From Macrostomum hystrix (taxonomy: Eukaryota; Animalia; Platyhelminthes), in the NCBI GenBank assembly GCA_950097015.1, contig CATNEN010000039.1, positions 11,160,001 to 11,224,000 of the forward strand: 64,000 nt of DNA. The letters run 5' to 3'. The notes under the pieces are model-generated. The model searched no databases. It had not been told where the DNA came from and saw only the letters and a program-made list of their open reading frames with translations. Made by a program: the position numbers and the translations under genes. How positions within the stretch are numbered: position 1 is the stretch's first letter; every line of letters starts with the position of its first letter. Of the stretch, positions 1 through 9,161 are shown in pieces.

Positions 1-1568
1 AGGACGAGGTAGAAAGTGGTCGCCGGAATCCGGAATCACCGACTCGTACAGTTCTAGCAGCTCAAGATCATATATTCTAGCGTGCTTCCAATCGGTGACC
101 TGACCAGCGCCCAGTGTTGCTAATCGATTCTTCGATGGTAGCGTCGGCAAACAGGCATACTGCCGTCCATCCGAGTCGACACCTCGCACCAGAAAGTTCC
201 GATTCAGAAACGTCTTCATGTGCTCCCGTCCACGCTCTCCAAGCTGATACATGAGATTGAATAGCAATTCATCTTGGAGTCGTTCTCCGTCACTACGATC
301 AAAGTAGTCGCGCAATTTAACCATGTCTCCCTCCTCGATTGGATCGTAGCTTTGAACTGTCTTGCCAGACTTGATAAATTCACGGACCTTGAATTCGAGC
401 ATCCTGTTTCAGCCATCAAACACGGTCCCAGTAGCAACCAGATTTTTCTGTCTCTTCACAATGATATTCAAATATCCAAATCGGAGTTCAGACCGCGACC
501 ATGAATTCAGAAATTCGACAAACTTGCGCCCATGATTCTCCATCAGTTTCCGACTGCTTTGAGGTAGACTTTCCATCTCAGCTTCATCGATGCTGGTAAG
601 TTTTTCACGAATATCAGCAGGCAGATCAGATGAGTTCGCTTTGTCGCCGATGGAGTTCTCACAAAACAACAAGAACTGGGTCACTAGCTCGTCACGACGG
701 CAGTCGTTGCGCGACAGTTCGGCCACGAGATCCAACTCGGACTGGGACAAAGCATTTAAGCTATTGTTGTGCCGTGCAAATGCACTTTGTGCCCTCTGCG
801 TTGTTTGTCTGCCCCACCCCTTCCTACACCCGTGCCAGCCTAGGTCAGGGTTTGTAAGAGGCTTACGCCTCAACCCCGGCCTAGCCCCCCTTTTTTTCTT
901 CTCTGCGCCCACCTGCCCATGCCCCAGCGTTGCGCTAGCCCCGCCTCTCTCTACCCCTCCCCCCACCTGGGCCACTCGCATTGGCTGGCGGCCGGATAAG
1001 CCGCCAGTGACCCAGGCTTTGTGTCTAATTTTTCTCTCTCTCCCTCTTCTCTGCCCTGTATAGTAAGTTATATAAGTAGTCGCCCCGCCCTATCTGTAAC
1101 CCCGTCCGCCTCGACTTCCTACCTGCCCTTCTGCAAGTCTGTGCATTGCCTATCTACCAATCATAGTTGTTATTCAAGTGCCGGCAATAAACGAGTAGAG
1201 CCGATCAGCTTGCGTGGAGACGTTCAAGGTGAGCTCGTGTCTTCCTCATTCCGGGGATTACCGCGTCGGGCCGGTGGGGCGTACTGAGTGAACTCTCGCT
1301 CCGTTAGGGACCTGAGACGAGTGAACTCTCGCTAGTCTCAGGGCGGTTGGCTCAGTGAACTCTCGCTGAACCAATCAGGTCTGTTAGGCGTAGGCAGGGT
1401 TGGTCTGGGACCTGGGTGTCTCGGGCAGGTGGACCCAACCCCCATCTCCCTCCGTCGGCCATTAGGCCAAGACACAACACTATCGACAGGAAGATTATTA
1501 AAATTTAGAAGATGGACACTTCTAGCATCCATGTCTAAGCTTCCAGGTTTGTTAATATTTCTCTTCAT
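1..1568 (-). pseudogene. Crypton-like tyrosine recombinase (DUF3504/KCTD1-related) ORF, interrupted by a solo LTR and one premature TGA; runs off the window start
   Basis: Manual translation past the TGA at 411-409 gives NRMLEFKVREFIKSGK...LQDELLFNLMYQLGERGREHMK...GVDSDGRQY...SKN...ARIYD...FLPRP. This resembles the DUF3504/Crypton motifs LQ..VWF.....F.RRGRE, D..GR.Y, KN, ARMY and FQRP. Removing 765-1479 plus one CTAT copy joins MDARSVHLLNFNNLPVD-SLNALSQSE in frame (ATG at 1568 or 1532). Confidence 0.7.
765..1479 (+). mobile_element. Solo LTR (715 bp), probably Ty3/Gypsy-type
   Basis: Termini TGTTGTG...CACAACA form a perfect 7-bp inverted repeat. 4-bp TSD CTAT at 761-764 and 1480-1483. TATATAA at 1069-1075 and AATAAA at 1186-1191. 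Excision restores the host reading frame. Confidence 0.85.
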
Positions 1569-1596
1569 GTGCTCTTCTCCCCTGCTTGCCTCAATC

Positions 1597-1708
1597 AATA
1601 AACAGCGGCCCCAGTGCGTGACAACGATTGTTTTGCGAGCGCCGGTAGGCGCTAGGCGGTAGGCGCTCGCAAAACAGTCGTTGTCACGCACTGGGGCCGC
1701 TGTTTATT
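1597..1708. repeat. Near-perfect palindrome (47-bp arms, 18-nt spacer)
   Basis: 1597-1643 is the reverse complement of 1662-1708 with one mismatch. Confidence 0.95.
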
Positions 1709-3229
1709 TACTCATTAAATCGATGTAAATAAATTGATTTAATTTGAACTTTCGCTATGTTAGAGTTATGAGTCAAATTGCAATAATTTGCGCCGATGCA
1801 CCAGCAGACAGCACTCCACTCTACCTCGGGCCTCAAACGGTATAATATAAATTTTGATATGCTAGGACAGAAAGGGGGTCGACAGCGAGGAGAGACAAAT
1901 GAGGGTATGAAAACCCTGGGGTGAATGTACATTGGGGGGGTTAACAGACGATAGATAACGCGTGCAGAGGGAGAGCAAAACAAGGTGGGGGCAGACGCTA
2001 GACTGGAGGGGGGTTAGCGGAAAGGGACAGCGACAAAATCGATAATAGATAGAGAAGGGCGGAGCTGGCAGATAACAGGGGTAAGAAAATAGATTACCAC
2101 AAGGGTGTACAGAGAACAGGATTGGTTAATAATAACTCACGTTTTCGCGACAATCGCAAGAGGGGTCCGCAAAACAAATGCCCGGTGGGATGGAACAGAG
2201 ACAGCGTTTTCGACTGAGGATGAGAACAAGGGCACACATCAACAAATGGAACACTATGGTGGGCGGCTGAAACTAAGTGGAATGAAAAAAGTGCCTGACG
2301 CACAACACTGCTACTGGGGGTAATTAGTTCTCTGCTGCTGGGGGGACATTGGTTATTTGCTACTGAGGGGACATTAGTTCTCTGCTGTTTGGGGGATATT
2401 AGTTTTCTGCAGCTGGGGAGACACTGGTTTTTTACTGCTGGGGGATAGTATTCACATGTACCTTAGTAGCATTAAGCTGAGTTGTATCAAACGTAAAGTT
2501 ACTTGTGTAATTTTGCCTCAATGGGGCTCTTGGTGTACAGAACGGATGTCCCAGAATGTATTCAAGCTACGACAGACTATTTTTGTATTTAGTGAGAATT
2601 CAAATTCTCTTGAATCGCAATCGCATATATTCGCAATCAGGGAAATTAATACTGACGAAATTAGTTTTTGTTTTTGTTTGCTTTCAGGTGTGTTTTGTCC
2701 TTCTGAATTACACAATATTTTTTTGTCTGAATAGTAGTGCCCCCCAAGGGGGCCTTAGTGTGCTAGTCCAATATACTAAAATTCTTAACTATATTTCTAT
2801 ATATTGGAGAAATTGATTTTCTCCCGAACGGCTCAACTGATTTTCACCATTTCTTCACTAAAAGATGCCAAATATGGGGACGTATTTTTATTAAGCTAAC
2901 TTCATTGCTAGAAGGATTAAATATTCGAAAAAAAATTAAATAGGTTTTTAATGCATTTAATCAGAGCCTGTTTTGTCAACGTGCATAGCACTGCCAATTT
3001 TAATGATTGCATCAGGGCCAGTTTTCTTAAAAGTGAGTACACTGATAAGAATTTCACTGTGTCATATGTACATAGCAATGTCAACCCTACTGGCGAGACA
3101 GTCAGTGCGAATTTATAAATAGATTACGTCACAGCTTTTCTCACCCGTGTGTGTGTTTGATTTGAATAGGTAAAATGTGCATAGCAGACTTGAATTCAAC
3201 GATATATTGCTAAATTCAAGCGAGACATA

Positions 3230-4471
3230 CACTCAGCAACATTTAAAACGCAACACTCTAACTAGAAGAAAAATCAACTCACCCAGAAGAGTCAAAGCGC
3301 ATAGTCTATGGTTCAAATCGAGCTTCAGAAACGCGTGTAGCCTCCTCTCGCAAGTAACAGGGCGATGAGTATGGTCTGTTTTCAGACAGAGTGATCCAGC
3401 TGAGAGAATGGTTCAACAGATGACAGACGCGGAAAGATGGCGAGCAGTCGGAATGTTGGAAGCAGGTTGTACTCTTCGAACAGTTGCGAACCACTTCGGG
3501 AGGTCGCCTTCAACAGTTTTACGTCTGCTACAGAAGAGCAGAGCCACTGGAAGCGTGGCTCACGCGAGAAAAGGTACGGTGCTTCACCAACTTCGCAGTA
3601 CAACAGCGAGGGCAGATCGACGCCTGCTGAGAATAGTGCGTGGAAACCCCACACTGCCTGCCACACTCCTGCGATTGATGTGGGCAGAGAGAAGCCGCAG
3701 AGGCAACGTTCTCAGCGCGCAGACGATTCGCCGCAGGATTCACGCTGCAGGATTGCGGTCAAGAAAAATGCGGGGGAGGTCGCGCCTGAGTCCTGCACAT
3801 GTCGCTAACAGGGAACTGTGGGCCATGCAGCGGGCGCACTGGCGGCAAGGACAGTGGCAGCGCGTTATCTTTACAGACGAGAGTCGGTTTCGTCTTTTTC
3901 GCAGTGATGGTCGAATTCGCGTCTGGCGTGAGCCACGGCAAGAGCTTCTGCAGCAGCACGTGCAAAGCTGCGATGGGCAGGGACCCTCCGTACACGTGTG
4001 GGCAGGGATTTCAATGCGAGGCAGGACCCAGCTGGTTTTCTTAGACGCAAACGTGAACGGCGATGAGTACGCTCGTTTGTTGCAGACGCATCTGCTCCCT
4101 TTTGTTAACAACCACTTTGGTGGCGTCGCAAACTGCAAACTGCATCTTCGGTGGCCTTCAAGATCCCCTGATATGAACCTAATTGAACATGTCTGGGACT
4201 TTATCAAGCGGAGTGTTCAACGGCAGAATCCGCCGCAGACAGTCGCTGAACTGCGAAACGCTGTTGCTAACGCGTGGCAGGAAATTCCCCAGGACTTTTT
4301 TCGACGCCTTGTTCTGGGAATGCCACGTCGAGTCAACGCCCTGTTACTTGCGAGAGGAGGCTACACGCGTTTCTGAAGCTCGATTTGAACCATAGACTAT
4401 GCGCTTTGACTCTTCTGAGTGAGTTGATTTTTCTTCTAGTTAGAGTGTTGCGTTTTAAATGTTGCTGAGTG
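3230..4471 (+). mobile_element. Tc1-like DNA transposon 1 with 135-bp TIRs
   Basis: TIRs at 3230-3364 and 4337-4471 (CACTCAGCAACATTT...), TA on both flanks, internal transposase ORF. Confidence 0.95.
3408..4376 (+). CDS. Tc1-family transposase with an in-frame deletion of the second catalytic Asp region (likely inactive)
   Basis: HTH-type N-terminus, VIFTDESRF and WPSRSPDMNLIEHVW are present. The QDDNAPxH segment seen in the neighbouring copy is missing (322 vs 344 aa). Confidence 0.9.
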   Translation: MVQQMTDAERWRAVGMLEAGCTLRTVANHFGRSPSTVLRLLQKSRATGSVAHARKGTVLHQLRSTTARADRRLLRIVRGNPTLPATLLRLMWAERSRRGNVLSAQTIRRRIHAAGLRSRKMRGRSRLSPAHVANRELWAMQRAHWRQGQWQRVIFTDESRFRLFRSDGRIRVWREPRQELLQQHVQSCDGQGPSVHVWAGISMRGRTQLVFLDANVNGDEYARLLQTHLLPFVNNHFGGVANCKLHLRWPSRSPDMNLIEHVWDFIKRSVQRQNPPQTVAELRNAVANAWQEIPQDFFRRLVLGMPRRVNALLLARGGYTRF

Positions 4472-4496
4472 TATACTCCTTTCCTACGACAATATA

Positions 4497-5942
4497 CACT
4501 CAGCAACATTGAAAAGTTTCCACCCTCGCGCAAGTTGTATATTTAGAGTTTCAAAACTGGTTTTTGTCGCCAGACTTGTGCCATAGACGATTGATGATTT
4601 CGTCAACACGCACTTGGGCCATAGAATTCAAAAACTTGGGTCATAGACGCCAGACAAGTCGAAGGAAACAGTCACATGGAGCAGACAGCAGCATCTTACA
4701 GAGTCTAAAATCCACGTTCGCAACCGAACGCAATGGTTCGCCAAATGACCGACCTGGAACGAGCGCGCGCCATTGGCATGCTGGACGCTGGGATGTCCAT
4801 CCGAGCTGTTGCTCGCCAAATTGGGCGGTCACACACAGCAATCCGCAAACTGCAGATCAAGTGCAGAGAAACGGGCAGCGTGGCGCATGCCACGCGCGGC
4901 CTGCGGCTCAATATGCGCAGTACAACTAGGAGGGCGGACCGGCGATTGCTGCGAATGGTAAAGGGAAGCCCCACATTGCCAGCCACCCTGCTACGGCTGA
5001 TGTGGGCTGAAAGAAGCAGGCGAGGGAATGTCCTGAGCGCCCAAACCATCCGACGACGATTGCGGGAGTCGGGGCTGCGATCCCGTAAGATGCGCAAACG
5101 GTCACGCCTGACCACAACCCATGTGGCCAGCCGGGAACAATGGGCAATGCAAAGGGTCCACTGGAGGCAGCAGCAGAGGCGGCGAGTGATTTTCACATAT
5201 GAGAGCCGCTTTCGATTGTTCCGTGCCGACGGCCGCATTCGCGTGTGGCGCCAGCCGCGCCAGGAGATGCTGCCGCAGCACGTGCAAAACTCTGAGAGCC
5301 AGTCAGCTTCTATTCACGTGTGGGCAGGCATCACGATGCACGCGAAGACGGAGCTCGTGTTCCTGGATGCGACTGTGACTGCCGAGTCGTACGCCAACCT
5401 TCTACAGACGCGCCTGCTGCCCTTCATTGATGCTTCATGTGGTGGCGTGGGGAACTGCGTCCTCCAAGACGACAACGCCCCACCGCATCGCGCAGCCGCT
5501 GTGGCGCATCTGAAGGAGCTGCTGCACCTGCGAACCTTGCGCTGGCCGTCCCGATCACCGGACATGAATCCCATAGAGCACGTTTGGGATTACCTGAAGC
5601 GCTCGATTCGGCGCGACAATCCGCCGCAAAATGTTGCCCAACTGCGCGAATCACTGTCTACTGCATGGCAACAACTACCGCAAGATTTTCTGCGACGCCT
5701 GGTTCTGGGGATGCCCCGGAGAGTGAGCGCTCTGCTGCACTCACGTGGCTGCTATACGCGTTACTGACCCTGTTCTGGGCGAGTTGTCACCCATGCTCGC
5801 GTACTTTGTTTCTTTGCTGTTCCTTTGCTTCGGTCGATTCCGGATTATATATTTGTCTATGGCTCAAACCACGAATATCTCCACAGACCAAAACGTTGCC
5901 CCTTCGCGCGCTAGGGTGGAAACTTTTCAATGTGGCTGAGTG
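4497..5942 (+). mobile_element. Tc1-like DNA transposon 2 with ~35-bp TIRs
   Basis: CACTCAGCAACATTGAAAAGTTTCCACCCT at 4497 and its imperfect inverse ending at 5942; TA flanks. Confidence 0.95.
4733..5767 (+). CDS. Tc1-family DD34E transposase with the first Asp changed to Tyr
   Basis: VIFTYESRF (D to Y), then LQDDNAPPH, 34 residues, and SPDMNPIEHVW. Confidence 0.92.
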   Translation: MVRQMTDLERARAIGMLDAGMSIRAVARQIGRSHTAIRKLQIKCRETGSVAHATRGLRLNMRSTTRRADRRLLRMVKGSPTLPATLLRLMWAERSRRGNVLSAQTIRRRLRESGLRSRKMRKRSRLTTTHVASREQWAMQRVHWRQQQRRRVIFTYESRFRLFRADGRIRVWRQPRQEMLPQHVQNSESQSASIHVWAGITMHAKTELVFLDATVTAESYANLLQTRLLPFIDASCGGVGNCVLQDDNAPPHRAAAVAHLKELLHLRTLRWPSRSPDMNPIEHVWDYLKRSIRRDNPPQNVAQLRESLSTAWQQLPQDFLRRLVLGMPRRVSALLHSRGCYTRY

Positions 5943-5987
5943 TATATAAGTCATCAAAACTTGTCTCAATTTCAATCGAGAAAAAAG

Positions 5988-6218
5988 TGTCCAACAGTTT
6001 TTTAAATGTGTCCAACAGTTTTCTAAATGTGTTTACAAGTTTAAAAATGTGTATAAAAGTTTTTTAAGTGTTTTTAAAATTTTTATAAATAAGATTTCAA
6101 TCGAGAAAAGTGCCCAACAGTTTTGTTAATGTGTTTAACAGTTTCCCTCAAGTGTTTAACAGTTTTCTAAATGTGTTTACCAGTTTACTAAATGTGTTTA
6201 ACAGTTTTCTTAATGTGT
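5988..6218. repeat. Degenerate ~21-bp tandem repeat (GTGTTTAACAGTTTTCTAAAT)
   Basis: Repeated motif visible directly in the sequence. Confidence 0.75.
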
Positions 6219-6664
6219 GCATAGATTGCCTGCTGGTTGGGAGAATTGAGTTTCTGCTAAAAGATGAACTTTCTCTTTGCTTATGGAGCCATTAATTAAA
6301 TAGCTGATAAAGGGGTGTCATTAGTTGTTTGCAAAACAGATTTCATTTATTAGTTCTTAGCTATTGGGAGACATTGGTTGCCTGCGTAGGGACATTCATT
6401 ACCTACTGACGGACCTTCGTTACCTGCTGAGGGACCTTCGTTACCTGCTGAGGGACTTTGATCGAAATCCTTGCGTAGTAACTTGTGTAAATCTGTCTCA
6501 CTGTCCCTGGTGTACTAATTCTTAGTGCTTTTAATTTAAAAATATAATTCTGAAAATGTGTCAATGTGAAAGCGGGTCGGCCGGAAAGATGAAAAAGCGG
6601 GACACAGCGGCTGCAGCGAAAGAAAACTTATCCTACTGCCTTAGAGGTGGGCAACGAAGGGAGT

Positions 6665-7615
6665 ATATTTATAATATTTGCTATTTAATAAGTTTAGGTA
6701 TTGTAAAAAAGCCAGTAGTATATATTTTTGTGACAAAAAAGAGATTTTTTTATTTATTAAGACACAATTTAATTAACCCTTGAACTCAAATCGAACTCCA
6801 GAATCTGCTACTGCTAAGCAGCAGAGAAATACTGAGCATACCGAGCTCACAGAAAGACAGAGAGGACCAGTCCAAGCACTGCTTGATTGACAGAGCACTT
6901 CGGTGCTAGATAGACCAGATGCACTTCTCAATTCCCGAATATGAGCAGCACACTGAGCCAGGTGGTTCCTCCTTCACCACCTACAAGATCTACGTCAATG
7001 GCGTATTTCACTGTTCTGCTCGATTCAGCGAACTGCGCGGCCTCTACGACAGTCTGGTTGAAGGCCACGGCGCCAGGTCCGTGCCCGAGTTCCCGCCGAA
7101 GCGGCTGTTCAGCCTGAGCTCCTCCCAGCTAGCGGAGCGGAGAGCACAGCTCGAGCTGTTTGTTCAGAAAGTGAGTTTTGATCACTCATGAGCACATGTC
7201 TCAGTGTAATCTCGCGGAATCAGGGATGGCCTCAAAGTAGTCAATATTTATGCAGTAGTTAGCTATAGATAAAAACAATGTATCCGAAGTCTGTGTGGTA
7301 CTGCTGTTCAGTCCAGTGGTGTGACTAGGATGAGGATCTGCCGCACCCGAGGTGAACTGAAGCTATCGGAAATCCGAAACTGCAAACTTTCTGAATCGAG
7401 TTAAAGGCCTTTTCAGCATTTTCTCATATTATGGCAATCACTGTTACTGAATGCTACTGTAAGTAGGATGAACGCACTCGTATATTTCCACAGCTTTTCC
7501 GCCTTTTTCATTCGTGCCACGCCCAGTCGCCTCTCTTCCGCTTCTTTCCTCCAATTGCTGAGTCTCGAGTTGAGTAAAGTAATTTATGACTATTTCGTGC
7601 CTGTCCTCCCTTAAT
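6665..7615 (+). pseudogene. Inverted partial duplicate of the SNX17 5' end (upstream region, exon 1 at 6919-7170, start of intron 1)
   Basis: Near-identical reverse complement of ~19797-20748. Encodes the same PX-domain peptide and keeps the GTGAGT donor. No matching downstream exons were found on this strand. Confidence 0.9.
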
Positions 7616-8297
7616 CATCTTCATTTTGTATGGGTTGCAGATTGTTCCAATTGATTAGCCCAAGTGGTGCAAGAAATTTTGAAAACTTCGCTAGCTTATT
7701 TTATTTGAAAACATGACATATTTTTTTTCATTAGAGATATTCAAGTGCAGCGTTGGACCCTAAAACACAGATATCGGGGTTCATGATTGTGAGGATAAGA
7801 TTAGATTTATTTATCCCAACCATAAATATATGTTTGTTGCTAATCATCTGTTTAGATCGGTATTTTTATATTTTATATTAAGAGGTCTAGCCCACGGCAC
7901 AAAACAATTATTTATTATCACAATCTAGCACGAGTACCGGAGCCAGACTTGCAAGAACTAAGCGAAAGCAACTAGTAGGCAATCAATGCTGACCCGAGTT
8001 GGAAGGCACACAACCAACAGCTCAGCGATTTAAAATCAATAAATTTGAAGTTATATAACAAGCAAAATCAACAAAATAACTGTAGCTGTTTACACATGTA
8101 GAGAATAACAGATCGAAATGTATGCGACACGCGAAATCACAGCCCAAAATTGGGCAGAACGCTTGAGAATTGGCAGGCTGCATGCGTTGAAGAGGGTTTA
8201 TGGGCATGTACTTGAAGGACGTTGGTTGGTGGGCATGTACATTTTAGGATGGGGTTGGTGGGCATGTACATTGAAGGATGGGGTTGGTGGGCATGTT

Positions 8298-8844
8298 AGC
8301 ACAAGGACAGGTGGATCAATACCGCCGATTGTCGGCAGTCTCGCGCTGCTGTTCCTTGTCCCTCCATTGCCCTTCGCAAAGCCCTGCTTGGACTTAACAG
8401 CAGGGACATCAGGGCAGTCACCATGGCCCTCTCTGGCCACGGCTGTTTTGCTAGGCGCCGCTTCCTGCAAGGAAAAATCCGCAGTGAGGAGTGCCCTTTC
8501 TGCTTCTCCTATGTTGAGGATGCAGACCATTTTATTTGCAACTGCCTCGCCTTCACTCAGGACAGGCTCACCAATCTCGGCCCAAACCCGGATCTCTCCG
8601 ACGTTTTCAGGCCTGAGAACATCTGCCAGCTCGTCCGTTACCGAAGGGCCACCGGGCGAGCGACTCTCCACCTCCTGGACTCTCGAGAGGAGGACCGCGC
8701 TGTGGACGCCAGCATCACCGGATCCCCCTGCGCGACACCGCAGCTTTGGTTGCCCTTGGTCGCCAGGGGCTAGCGGAATGGGCGGCAACGCCTCCCCGCT
8801 GCATCCGAAGGATGCCCCTGCAGCTAAGTCAAGTCTAAGTCAAG
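8298..8844 (+). mobile_element. 5'-truncated non-LTR retrotransposon 3' end (R1/I/LOA-like)
   Basis: ALSGHGCF...CPFC...[11 protein letters not shown] (C-terminal CCHC knuckle). Ends in a CTAAGTCAAGT tandem tail and interrupts a GGTGGGCATGTACATT minisatellite. Confidence 0.7.
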
Positions 8845-9161
8845 TGGTGGACATTTACATTGAAGGACATCTACATTTGATGATGGGGTTGGTAGGTGTG
8901 TACATTGAAGGATAGATATTTCAGCCGAATCAAGTCTTGATTTAATAGAAAAATGTGAAATTACAGAAAGGAATTTTTTTATTTAAAAAGATTGATTTTC
9001 ACAGTCATCGGAATGAAAACAAACAATGGCAATTCGCTTAACTAGATCACTAGCCATAAAGGCAAATCAATATTAAAAAATTAAGTGCAGCACAACACAG
9101 TCAACAAACGTGTGCATCGCTGCGACATGATTGCTGATCACAGGAAATCAACAGGCTGAGG

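Noticed and set aside
409-981. 190-aa ORF as predicted
   Set aside because: Its N-terminal ~72 codons come from the inserted solo LTR; only the part below 765 belongs to the recombinase-like frame.
2738-2767. Helitron 3' end (GCCCCCCAAGGGGGC hairpin followed by CTAG-T)
   Set aside because: Suggestive, but no 5' TC end, second copy or Rep/helicase sequence is visible to support it.
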